A stretch of DNA of 63,977 nucleotides, the filler included, from a bacterium (GTDB taxonomy: Bacteria; JBBIVP01), in assembly GCA_037439705.1 (NCBI GenBank). It is 7 parts of 7 records of this genome, joined end to end, with 100 filler letters (N's around TTAATTAATTAA, not from the genome) between each part and the next. Parts side by side here need not be neighbours in the genome. Positions count along the whole stretch, not along the records: positions 1 to 10,269 come from JBBIVP010000062.1; positions 10,370 to 20,619 come from JBBIVP010000063.1; 5 more parts are not named here. One strand, written 5' to 3'. The position numbers and the translations under genes were made by a program. Below the pieces are notes generated by a model. It saw only the letters and a list, made by a program, of their open reading frames with translations, did not search any database and had not been told where the DNA came from. This document shows, piece after piece, positions 9,768-18,820 of this stretch (position 1 is its first letter; every line of letters begins with the position of its first letter).

Positions 9768-10077
9768 AATGTATGTGGTTGTAGTTTATGATATAATAGA
9801 AACAGCGGGAAATTTTCGTGAAAAAAGGAAAAACCGAACCCGTCTGTACAAAAAGTTAAAAGGATTTGGCTCACCGGTCCAGTACAGCGTATTTGAATTC
9901 AATCTCACTCCCTCTCAGAGGGAAAAATTAATTGAGGTTATCAATAACTACATAGAAGAAACAGACAGGGTGAGCATCTACACGCTGTGTGAGGAATGCA
10001 GGAAAAGAATAGAACGCCTTTTTACGAAACCGCGCGAAGAACCAATTTTTGATGAAATTTCATCAATAGAGGTTTGA
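9754..10077 (+). CDS. cas2: CRISPR-associated endoribonuclease Cas2
   Basis: VVVYDI, VQYSVFE and DRVSIYTLC motifs; directly after cas1. Confidence 0.95.
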   Translation: MRTRRMYVVVVYDIIETAGNFREKRKNRTRLYKKLKGFGSPVQYSVFEFNLTPSQREKLIEVINNYIEETDRVSIYTLCEECRKRIERLFTKPREEPIFDEISSIEV

Positions 10078-10078
10078 G

Positions 10079-10269
10079 ATGTCCGAAGCAAAATTATATG
10101 TAAAAGGTGCCTATTTCCCCGCATCAGAAGAAATGGAATTTACCATTCTGATAGAATATGATGAAAAACAAATCCTTAAAACAGAAAGGGTAAAGAAGAA
10201 AGGTTCAGCGCTTCAGGCGGAATATCTGGGTCTTATCAGGGCAATCCATTATCTAAAAAACTTAAAAAA
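10079..10269 (+). CDS. RNase H-fold (RNase HI/RVT_3-like) protein, degenerate, truncated by contig end
   Basis: KLYVKGA (canonical xxYxDGA) and SALQAEYLGLIRAI (canonical TNNxAEYxALIxGL). Starts 1 bp after the cas2 stop. Confidence 0.65.
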
Positions 10270-10369
10270 NNNNNNNNNNNNNNNNNNNNNNNNNNNNNNN
10301 NNNNNNNNNNNNNTTAATTAATTAANNNNNNNNNNNNNNNNNNNNNNNNNNNNNNNNNNNNNNNNNNNN
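10270..10369. other. Artificial contig linker (N44-TTAATTAATTAA-N44)
   Basis: Six-frame-stop spacer flanked by Ns. Confidence 0.99.
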
Positions 10370-10467
10370 GGAGAGTAGCACAGGCATTCTTGCCTGTGAG
10401 AAGAAGAGCAAAAAGGAGAGTAGCACAGGCATTCTTGCCTGTGAGAAGAAGAGCAAAAAGGAGAGTA
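10370..10467 (+). repeat. 45-bp tandem repeat (2.2 copies) carrying a GTAG-type REP palindrome
   Basis: Identical units at 10370..10414 and 10415..10459, each with GTAG-CACAGGCA-TTCT-TGCCTGTG. Confidence 0.85.
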
Positions 10468-10611
10468 AGAGAGTGGAGAATTGGTAAAGGTTGGGATGAA
10501 TTTTTTAGAAAAAGAATGGATGTGAGGAAAAAGATAAAAATGAAAAAATTCAAAAATAAACCAATTGCCAAAAATATCCCCTCCTTTTTAAGAGACCATT
10601 TCTATTTTCCC

Positions 10612-10658
10612 TTGACATTTATTACTATTGTAATAAAATTTTAATACTATGGTAAAAA
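10612..10658 (+). promoter_or_regulatory. Sigma70 promoter with two tandem palindromic operator-like sites upstream of the acyl-CoA dehydrogenase pair
   Basis: TTGACA at 10612 and TAAAAT at 10634. TTATTAC-TATT-GTAATAA at 10619..10636, with a 15/18 copy at 10641..10658. Confidence 0.6.
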
Positions 10659-10685
10659 CCTTACAAAACTTTAAGGAGGTGGAAG

Positions 10686-11813
10686 ATGGCAATAGATTTT
10701 TCTTTGAATGAGGACGAGAGGATACTCGTTGAAACCGTAAACGATTTTGCACAGAAAGAGATTGTTCCGAACATAAGAACTATTGAAGAAAACGGCATCT
10801 CTGACGAATTGAGGATAAAGGCTGTTGAGATGGGGTTGATGGGCATAGAATTTCCAGAAAATCTTGGAGGTTCAGGACTTGGAATGTTTCACAGGGTACT
10901 GGTGACCGAAGCAATTTCCTCAGGAGACCCCGGAACGGCGTATTCACTTTTCATTCACCTTCCCTATTCCTATTTTCTTCTTGAACTTGGAAATGAAGAA
11001 ATAAAGGGAAAATATCTCAAACCTGTAATCACAGGAGCGAAAAAAGCCTGCCTTTTGAGGTCTGAATTCTTAACCGATGATGTGATTACACCATTGAAAT
11101 GGGAAAAGAGTAAAGAGGGTTACAAAATTTCTGGAAGGGGAGTAATTGAGGTTGAAAATCCTGATTTTGTCCTTCTTCCTGCAAAATCGGATAATAAAAT
11201 CGGATTTTTTCTTCTTGATGGTTTGAATGCCATTGAGTTCGGAAAAACGCTTCATAGATGTGGTGTTCAATCATCTCCTGCAAAGGAAGTCATTTTTAAG
11301 GATGTTGAATTGAAAGAAAATATGTGTATTACAGAAGATGCTTTTTCACACGAGAACTTTTGGAAGGCAGTGGTTAGGACGAGACTTTTCATATCAAGTA
11401 TTCTTCTCGGATTAGCAAAAACCGCTCAGGAGTATTCCCTCAAATATGCTATGGAAAGGGTAGCTTTTGGTCAGCAGATAGCAAAGCATCAGGCAATATC
11501 CTTTATGCTTGCTGATCTTGCAACACAGGTTGAAGCAATAAGGCTTATACTCTGGAAAGCAGTTTATGAGTTTGACAGAAATTCATCCTCTCCCGAAAAA
11601 CAAATAAGGTCTTCTGTCCTTGACTGGTCAATAGAAGCATACCTTCAGGCAGTAGATTATTCCTCTTCTATTTCTGCAGATGCGGTTCAGATACTCGGCG
11701 GTCACGGATACATAAAAGACCATCCTGTTGAAAAATGGATGAGGGATGTAAAAGAGTTCGCCAATGCGTTCGGAAGACATGATGCTTTCAGAATAGTTAT
11801 TGAAAACCTTTAA
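10686..11813 (+). CDS. Acyl-CoA dehydrogenase family protein, probably non-catalytic partner subunit
   Basis: RVAFGQQI and QILGGHGYIKDHPVEKWMRD present; lacks the ALTEP and C-terminal I(Y/F)EGT motifs. Confidence 0.85.
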   Translation: MAIDFSLNEDERILVETVNDFAQKEIVPNIRTIEENGISDELRIKAVEMGLMGIEFPENLGGSGLGMFHRVLVTEAISSGDPGTAYSLFIHLPYSYFLLELGNEEIKGKYLKPVITGAKKACLLRSEFLTDDVITPLKWEKSKEGYKISGRGVIEVENPDFVLLPAKSDNKIGFFLLDGLNAIEFGKTLHRCGVQSSPAKEVIFKDVELKENMCITEDAFSHENFWKAVVRTRLFISSILLGLAKTAQEYSLKYAMERVAFGQQIAKHQAISFMLADLATQVEAIRLILWKAVYEFDRNSSSPEKQIRSSVLDWSIEAYLQAVDYSSSISADAVQILGGHGYIKDHPVEKWMRDVKEFANAFGRHDAFRIVIENL

Positions 11814-11832
11814 ATTTTAAGGAGGTGAGGCA

Positions 11833-13032
11833 ATGGAGTTAGAGTTAACACCAGCACAAAAAAATGTCATTGAAATGGTGAGGTGGCTTGCTCTTGAAAA
11901 ATTGAGACCACTCGGTCTTGAGTATGATAAAAAGGGAGAACCCATCCCTCCTGATCATCCTTTTTTCAAAGAAGCAAAGGCTATGGGAATAAGGATGGCT
12001 CTTGGAGATATTGGTAAGAGAAGAAAGGAACTCACCACAAAAGAGGGACCGGGCGAGATGGCAAGGCTCGGCATACTCGCTGCGGAGGAGATAGCCTATG
12101 GAGATACGGGCGTTGCTATGAGCCTTCCTGGTCCAGGGCTTGGTGGTCCACCAATACTCATAATGGGCACACCCGAACAGCAGGATAGATTCTTTGGCAT
12201 GCTTGAAGGAGATGAACCGAAATGGGGAGCATACGCGTTGACAGAGCCAGGCGCAGGTTCTGATGTGGCAATGATAAAAACCACCTGCAGAAAGGAAGGA
12301 AATTACTATGTTTTAAATGGGACAAAGATGTTCATAACAAACGGAGCAAGGGCTACATGGAATGTTGTATTTGCTACAATAGACCCATCCCTTGGAAGGG
12401 AAGGGCACAGGGTATTTGTTGTAGAAAAGGGGACCCCAGGCTTTTATGCTGGAAAAATTGAAAAGAAGATGGGATTAAAAGCTTCAGAGACAGCAGAGTT
12501 GGTTTTTGATGAGTGTAAGGTTCCGGTTGAAAACCTTCTCGGAGGCGAGGAAAGGTATAAAGAAAGGGCTGGTTTTAAGGCTGCAATGGAAACTTTCAAT
12601 ATGACAAGGCCTGCTGTTGCAGCAATGGGCATAGGAATAGCGAGAGCGGCATACGAATACACAAGGGATTACTTCAAGGAAAATTACATGCTCTCAAGGC
12701 CAATTCCCCTTTATCATTCAATAAAAGAAAAATTAAATACAATGAAAAGGCTCCTTGATACCGCAAGGCTTCTCTGCTGGAAGGCAGCCTACATGATTGA
12801 TTACAAACTTCCCAATGCAAAGGAGGCATCAATGGCAAAGGCTTATGCTCCCCCTGTCTGTCTATGGGTAACATCAAAGTGTATTGACCTTCTCGGTCAG
12901 GAGGGAACCCTTGAATACCACCATCTTGTTGAGAAATGCTACAGGGACATAAAGGTGTTTGACATATTTGAAGGAACAGGGCAGGCTCAGAGAATTGTTA
13001 TATCAAGGAGGCTATTTTCACAATTTGAATAG
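11833..13032 (+). CDS. Acyl-CoA dehydrogenase
   Basis: YALTEPGAGSD, KMFITNG and RDIKVFDIFEGT motifs. Confidence 0.93.
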   Translation: MELELTPAQKNVIEMVRWLALEKLRPLGLEYDKKGEPIPPDHPFFKEAKAMGIRMALGDIGKRRKELTTKEGPGEMARLGILAAEEIAYGDTGVAMSLPGPGLGGPPILIMGTPEQQDRFFGMLEGDEPKWGAYALTEPGAGSDVAMIKTTCRKEGNYYVLNGTKMFITNGARATWNVVFATIDPSLGREGHRVFVVEKGTPGFYAGKIEKKMGLKASETAELVFDECKVPVENLLGGEERYKERAGFKAAMETFNMTRPAVAAMGIGIARAAYEYTRDYFKENYMLSRPIPLYHSIKEKLNTMKRLLDTARLLCWKAAYMIDYKLPNAKEASMAKAYAPPVCLWVTSKCIDLLGQEGTLEYHHLVEKCYRDIKVFDIFEGTGQAQRIVISRRLFSQFE

Positions 13033-13038
13033 CGAACT

Positions 13039-13884
13039 CTAAATGCAGAGATGATGTTCTCCGGTTTTTGGATTGACCACTAAATTGCCGAATTTTATAA
13101 ATTTTATCCTTCCCGGGTCTCCGGAATAGGGAGTTAGAATTTCAAGTCTGCTCTCTGAATCAAAAGAGTTTATAATGGCAGAAGAAAGCATGAATTCATT
13201 CTCATCAAGAAGTCCTATTAGCCTTCCATTTAAAAGGTTTTCTTTGATATTTTCTTTAAACGATGAAGAATTGAGAACCCTTAAAAATGCATTTTCAAAA
13301 TATCTTCTGAAAGCTGATTCCCTGTATCTTTTTCTTTCTTCAGGACCCCTGGATTTTACCTTGGAAGAGGGACTTATGAACAGAAAATTTTTCGTAAGCG
13401 GAAGCATTGTTTCTCTTATCACAGGAGTAAGTTCTTCCTGCACAAGAATTATTATAAGGTCGAGAGAAAGTATTTTTATCTTTGATTCCTTCAGTGAAAT
13501 AGCCTCATAAGTATTTATATAACCTGTTGTATCAATTACTGTAAAATCTGGATTTCTTTGAATCAGCCACCACTTAAGTTTTAAAACCCCTTTCAAAACC
13601 TCAGGAATCACTCCCGAAGGGCTTATACTTCCTACAAAATAATGAGCTGTTTCCCTTTTCCAATCGTCTTCGTAATAGGCGTTAAGGGTTCCTGGTAATA
13701 AAGAGGACTGACCGAGATCAAGGTCAAGAAAGGCTCTTTTCAAACCTTTTGCACCAGCGATCCTTATAAGAAACTGGCATAAGGTTGTTTTGCCAGTATT
13801 TGTATCTCCGATGACCATTATACTTCCACCATTTTTCATTATATCTTTTATTTGTGGAGTAGAGAGGAGCTCTTCTATTTCCAC
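13039..13884 (-). CDS. Clp1/GRC3-family polynucleotide 5'-kinase
   Basis: Walker A GDTNTGKTT, DLDLGQ, DTTGY and lid ERKRYRE motifs. Confidence 0.85.
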   Translation of the reverse strand: MEIEELLSTPQIKDIMKNGGSIMVIGDTNTGKTTLCQFLIRIAGAKGLKRAFLDLDLGQSSLLPGTLNAYYEDDWKRETAHYFVGSISPSGVIPEVLKGVLKLKWWLIQRNPDFTVIDTTGYINTYEAISLKESKIKILSLDLIIILVQEELTPVIRETMLPLTKNFLFISPSSKVKSRGPEERKRYRESAFRRYFENAFLRVLNSSSFKENIKENLLNGRLIGLLDENEFMLSSAIINSFDSESRLEILTPYSGDPGRIKFIKFGNLVVNPKTGEHHLCI

Positions 13885-13886
13885 TT

Positions 13887-14513
13887 TTATTCAACCGGTT
13901 TTATTATAACCCTTTCCTCCTTCTCATCTATTTCCATATCACAAAATATGGTAGGAGAGTGATTCTTGAGAATCTTAAGAACTTCTATTGCAAGTTTTCT
14001 TATTTCCCACTGGCTTGATGGGTCTCCCCTCAACTGAATTATGTGCCTCCATTCCCTCATATTGGCAGTAACTACTATTTCGGTCTCTGTGGCGTTTGGA
14101 AGAACATACCTTGCATCCTGAGATTTTATTCCAGCTTCCTTCAGTTTTCTGTAAACATCGCGCGCAGTTTGCATAAATTCTTCATAAATTTTAAGGGCTG
14201 AAGGATTTTCTGAAATTGAAGGGGGAGTAATCCACGAAAAATTGCTTTCGTCCACATACCTCTGTGATTTTTGTGTGAATGATGCAATTCTGTGTCTCAC
14301 TAACTGATGGGTTAAAGCCCTTGAAACCCCTTTTATTCTGAATGTAGCCCAGCCGTGTTCAAGCACGGAGTGGTGTCCTCTTTTAAGAAGCATTTTTATA
14401 AATGATTTTTCAGTCCCCTCACCCTCTTTTTCAAAGGATTGATATGATGTCCTTCCTGCCCTTTCTATAACCTTTTCCACCTCAGGGGTTATGCTTATAA
14501 GTTCAACCTTCAT
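13887..14513 (-). CDS. thyX: FAD-dependent thymidylate synthase
   Basis: HHSVLEH, RHRIASFTQKSQRY signature, ARYVLP. Confidence 0.97.
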   Translation of the reverse strand: MKVELISITPEVEKVIERAGRTSYQSFEKEGEGTEKSFIKMLLKRGHHSVLEHGWATFRIKGVSRALTHQLVRHRIASFTQKSQRYVDESNFSWITPPSISENPSALKIYEEFMQTARDVYRKLKEAGIKSQDARYVLPNATETEIVVTANMREWRHIIQLRGDPSSQWEIRKLAIEVLKILKNHSPTIFCDMEIDEKEERVIIKPVE

Positions 14514-15360
14514 CCTTCAAAATTTCAAAATTCATATCAACGGATGGAGCGGAGTGGGTTATACTTCCCATGGAAATATAATTAATTCCCTTTATCCTTT
14601 TAAGCCTTTTTATTCTTTCTTCATCAATTTTTCCTGAAATTTCAACCTCTGCCCTTCCGTTTATCATTTTCACTGCCTTTTTTATTTCTTCATCCGTCAT
14701 GTTATCAAGCATTATTATGTCTGCTCCTGATTCTATGGCGGATTTTACTTCTTCTAATGTTTTCGCTTCCACCTCTATTTTTATAAAAGGGGTTAGCTTT
14801 TTTCTTACCTCCTCCACCGCATCTTTAATAGACCCCACCATCCTTATGTGATTTGTCTTTATAAGAATTCCATCGGAAAGTGAAAACCTGTGGTTGTATC
14901 CTCCTCCAATTCTTACTGCATATTTTTGAAGAGCTCTTAATCCCGGAAGGGTCTTTCTTGTATCCACAAGTTTTATTCCGGTTCCTTCAAGAAGTTCTGA
15001 GATTCTTCTCACATAGGTTGCAATTCCGCTCAGATGGGAAAGTATGTTCAGAGCAATTCTTTCTCCTTTAAATAAAGACCCTGCCCTTCCAGCCACAACT
15101 GCTATTACCTCTTTGTTATCAACCTCCTCTCCATCCTTCTTTAAAGGATTGAAGGAAACCAGGGGATCCACCTTTTCAAAAACAAACCTTGCAACTTCAA
15201 TTCCTGCAAGCACAAACCTTTCTTTTGCTTTTATGAATCCCCTTGCAGAGCAGTCCTTTATTGAGGAAAGATAATCTGTAGTTTTATCTCCGTAAGGAAT
15301 GTCCTCTTCTATTGCTTTATTCACCACATCTTCAATTATGTGCCTGGCTATTTCAATCAT
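14503..15360 (-). CDS. nadC: Nicotinate-nucleotide pyrophosphorylase (carboxylating)
   Basis: DTRKTLPG, NHR, IEVE and IMLDNM motifs. Confidence 0.95.
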   Translation of the reverse strand: MIEIARHIIEDVVNKAIEEDIPYGDKTTDYLSSIKDCSARGFIKAKERFVLAGIEVARFVFEKVDPLVSFNPLKKDGEEVDNKEVIAVVAGRAGSLFKGERIALNILSHLSGIATYVRRISELLEGTGIKLVDTRKTLPGLRALQKYAVRIGGGYNHRFSLSDGILIKTNHIRMVGSIKDAVEEVRKKLTPFIKIEVEAKTLEEVKSAIESGADIIMLDNMTDEEIKKAVKMINGRAEVEISGKIDEERIKRLKRIKGINYISMGSITHSAPSVDMNFEILKDEG

Positions 15361-18008
15361 CCTTTCATCTCCGAGAGAATTTTTATTTTTTCCTGAAGCA
15401 CCTTAATCCTTTCGGAAAGAAGTCCTGCCTCCATCTCCGTTTTTCTGATCACCTCCTCCGGGGCCTTTGAAATGAAGTTTTCGTTTGAAAGTTTCTTCAT
15501 AAGAAAAGAAAGTTCTTCTTCTGCCTTTTTCAACGCTTCCTGTGCCTTTTTTATCTCGTTCTCTCTGTTTATTATTAAGCCCTCTATGTTTATTCCTACT
15601 GCCATATCATCCACTTCCCTGATAACCGTATTTAAAATGTCTTTTGTCGGTTTTTCACATATAACTTCTGCATTCGCCCCTGTTAGATGGGAAATGATGT
15701 ATAAAACTTTATTTATTTCTTTTCCAATGTTTTCGGATGCCCAGATTTTACAAAAAATTTCTCTTTCTTCCCCGATGTTATAATCCGATTTTATGTTTCT
15801 TATTGTGGTAACAATTTTCTTTATTTTTTCAAAAACTTCTGCTTCAGTTTTAAACTCATATTCATCTTTTTGGGGAAAATCTGCTATCATAATGCTTTTT
15901 CTATTGCTTTTGAAATTTTCTGGAATTCTATTCCATATCTCCTCTGTTATGAAAGGAATAACAGGATGAGAAAGTCTTAAGAACTTCTCCAGAACATATA
16001 AAAGGATATTTGATGTATTTTTGCATTTTTCTTCATCACCCTTATAAATGTGATACTTTGCAATTTCTATATACCAGTCACAGAATTCCTTCCAGAGGAA
16101 ATTGTAGATTTCCTGGGCATAAATATTAAACTCGTATTTCTCAAGAGCCCTTTCTGTTTTTTCAATTGTCTCATTTAATTTTGTAAGAATCCATTTGTCT
16201 TCAATTGTAAGTGGCTGGAACCCATCTTCCGAGGGTTTACCTGCAGTGAAAATGAACCTACTTGCATTCCAAATCTTGTTTATGAAATGCTTATATCCTT
16301 CAATTCTTTCTTCTGAAAGTTTTGTGTCCCTTCCCTGAGCGGTCATCGCGGTAAGTGTAAATCTCAGAGCATCGGTTCCGTATTTTTCCACCATATCAAG
16401 TGGGTCAATTACATTTCCTTTTGTCTTGCTCATCTTCTGCCCCGTAGCATCCCTTACCAGAGCGTGTATGTAAACCTTTCTGAATGGCACCTCTTTCATT
16501 ATGTAAAGTCCCATCATCATCATCCTTGCTACCCAGAAGGTTATTATGTCAAAACCTGTTACGAGAAGGGATGTAGGATAGAAGATTTTTAAATCCTTTG
16601 TTTTTTTTGGCCATCCAAGAGTTGAAAAGGGCCACAGAGCAGAACTGAACCATGTATCAAGCACATCTTCATCCTGTTTTATCCTTTCGCTTTTGCAATT
16701 ATTGCATTTCTTCGGCGTGGTCTTTCTTACCATTATATTTCCGCAATCGGAGCAGTAATAGGCTGGAATTCTGTGTCCCCACCATATCTGCCTTGAAATG
16801 CACCAGTCCCTCATATTATTGAGCCAGTGATAATAACCTCCAGTCCACATTTCAGGAATGAAAACTGTCTTTCCTTCCTGAACCGCCTTTAATGCCTCTT
16901 CAGCGAGGGGTTTTGTTTTCACAAACCACTGTTTGGAAAGCAAAGGCTCAACCACAGTTTTGCACCTGTAGCATCTGCCAAGTAAGATTTCATAATTTTC
17001 GGTCCTCTCAAAAAGACCTTTTTCACGGAGTGCTTCTATGATTTTTTCTCTTGCGGAAAATCTGTCAAGCCCCTCAAACTCTCCCGCTTCACGGGTCATT
17101 TTTCCTTCTTCATCTATTACCTTGATGGCTGGAAGATTGCAAGATTTTGCTATTTCAAAATCGTTGAAATCGTGAGCAGGGGTAATTTTCAGGACACCTG
17201 TTCCGAATTCTTCTTCCACATAGGGATGGGTAATTACAGGGATTCTCCTTCCCACAAGTGGGAGTATGGCATATTTTTCATGATATTTCAGATACCTTTC
17301 GTCCCCAGGATTAACTGCAATGGCTGTATCTCCGAGCATTGTTTCGGGTCTTGTAGTGGCAACCGTTAGATATTCCTTTTCACCTTCAATAGGATATCTT
17401 ATGTAGTAAAGTTTTCCATTTTCCTGAGAACTTTCAACCTCAATATCTGCAAGGGCTGTTTTACACCTCGGACACCAGTTTATTATATAATCTCCTCTGT
17501 AAATTAACCCGTCATTCCATAGCCTTATGAAAGCCTCCTTCACTGCCAAACTCAATCCCCCGTCCATCGTGAAACGCTCTCTCGTCCAGTCACAGGAAGA
17601 GCCAAGTTTTTTCAATTGATAGATAATCCTGTTTCCGTACTCCTCCTTCCACTTCCAGACCCTTTCTATAAATTTTTCACGCCCGAGTTCTTCTCTTGTA
17701 AGTCCTTCCTTTGCAAGCTCCCTTTCAACTACATTCTGAGTGGCAATTCCAGCATGGTCTGTTCCGGGCAACCACAATACTTCAAATCCCTTCATCCGTT
17801 TGTATCTTGCCACTATGTCCTGAATTGTGTTGTTGAGGGCGTGTCCCATGTGAAGGGAACCGGTTACATTCGGGGGAGGAATTACCATTGAGAAAGGTGG
17901 TTTTTTTGAATTCAGGTTTGGAGTGAAAAATTTATTTTTTTCCCAGAAGGAATACCATTTGTCCTCTGTCTCTTTGTGGTTGTATGCCTTTTCCATTTTT
18001 TCTTCCAC
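15357..18008 (-). CDS. valS: Valine--tRNA ligase
   Basis: PPPNVTGSLHMGH, DWCISRQIWWGH, KMSKT, C-terminal coiled coil. Confidence 0.98.
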   Translation of the reverse strand: MEEKMEKAYNHKETEDKWYSFWEKNKFFTPNLNSKKPPFSMVIPPPNVTGSLHMGHALNNTIQDIVARYKRMKGFEVLWLPGTDHAGIATQNVVERELAKEGLTREELGREKFIERVWKWKEEYGNRIIYQLKKLGSSCDWTRERFTMDGGLSLAVKEAFIRLWNDGLIYRGDYIINWCPRCKTALADIEVESSQENGKLYYIRYPIEGEKEYLTVATTRPETMLGDTAIAVNPGDERYLKYHEKYAILPLVGRRIPVITHPYVEEEFGTGVLKITPAHDFNDFEIAKSCNLPAIKVIDEEGKMTREAGEFEGLDRFSAREKIIEALREKGLFERTENYEILLGRCYRCKTVVEPLLSKQWFVKTKPLAEEALKAVQEGKTVFIPEMWTGGYYHWLNNMRDWCISRQIWWGHRIPAYYCSDCGNIMVRKTTPKKCNNCKSERIKQDEDVLDTWFSSALWPFSTLGWPKKTKDLKIFYPTSLLVTGFDIITFWVARMMMMGLYIMKEVPFRKVYIHALVRDATGQKMSKTKGNVIDPLDMVEKYGTDALRFTLTAMTAQGRDTKLSEERIEGYKHFINKIWNASRFIFTAGKPSEDGFQPLTIEDKWILTKLNETIEKTERALEKYEFNIYAQEIYNFLWKEFCDWYIEIAKYHIYKGDEEKCKNTSNILLYVLEKFLRLSHPVIPFITEEIWNRIPENFKSNRKSIMIADFPQKDEYEFKTEAEVFEKIKKIVTTIRNIKSDYNIGEEREIFCKIWASENIGKEINKVLYIISHLTGANAEVICEKPTKDILNTVIREVDDMAVGINIEGLIINRENEIKKAQEALKKAEEELSFLMKKLSNENFISKAPEEVIRKTEMEAGLLSERIKVLQEKIKILSEMKG

Positions 18009-18050
18009 TATGAAAGAATTTTATCAAGAAGATTTCAATTTTCAAAAAAA

Positions 18051-18404
18051 TCAGTATTCAAATTCCTCTTCACCAAAACTTTCTTCCTCAGTTGGTATTT
18101 CTTCTTCCTCACCCTCCCACGGGCTTTCATAGGCAGATATAAATCTGTTTCCTTCTTCCTCAAGAAGAACAATAGAACTTCCCTCCTCAATGAATTCCTC
18201 TTCAACAACTATTCTTTCTGTTATCAATTCTCCTTCTTCCACAAAGACTATCTCCATGGTCTCTACACTCATTCCAATCTCTTCAGGTGAAATTACCTCC
18301 CCCTCTATTATTTCTCCTTCCTCTGTGAATATGTAAGCCTTTTCTGCACCTGCTGTCCCCACGATTAGAAAAATTACAAAAATAAAAGTTAATTTTTTCA
18401 TCAA
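18051..18404 (-). CDS. Small secreted Glu-rich hypothetical protein
   Basis: Signal peptide MKKLTFIFVIFLIVGTAGA followed by a highly acidic sequence. Confidence 0.6.
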   Translation of the reverse strand: MMKKLTFIFVIFLIVGTAGAEKAYIFTEEGEIIEGEVISPEEIGMSVETMEIVFVEEGELITERIVVEEEFIEEGSSIVLLEEEGNRFISAYESPWEGEEEEIPTEEESFGEEEFEY

Positions 18405-18445
18405 TTAAATTTTAGCAAATTTTTGCCTGGGATTTCAAGTGAATT

Positions 18446-18820
18446 TTAATTGTCCGGAGTTTCGCCCTTTATTGATTTTATTCTGTTTTCATCATCAACC
18501 AGAACAATTCTTGGTCTCAATCTTTTTACTTCCTCTTCATCGTAGGAGGCATAGCTCAATATTATTATTTTATCCCCAACTGCCACCTTTCTTGCTGCTG
18601 CACCGTTGAGGCATATTACCCCGCTATCCCTTTCGCCTTTTATCACATAGGTCTCAAATCTCTCTCCGTTGTTTATATTGTAGACCTGGACGAGTTCAAA
18701 CTCTTTGAGATCCGCTGCATCCATAAGTTTTTCATCTATGGTGATACTTCCCTCATAGTTGAGGTTTGCTTCGGTTACTGTTGCCCTGTGGATTTTTGAT
18801 TTCATCATCATTCTTTTCAT
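18446..18820 (-). CDS. panD: Aspartate 1-decarboxylase
   Basis: KSKIHRA, YEGS self-cleavage site, LNGAAAR. Confidence 0.97.
   Translation of the reverse strand: MKRMMMKSKIHRATVTEANLNYEGSITIDEKLMDAADLKEFELVQVYNINNGERFETYVIKGERDSGVICLNGAAARKVAVGDKIIILSYASYDEEEVKRLRPRIVLVDDENRIKSIKGETPDN

Noticed and set aside
10370-10467. CRISPR array next to cas1-cas2
   Set aside because: The inter-palindrome sequences are identical, so they are not spacers. The repeat is also on a different contig, beyond an artificial linker.
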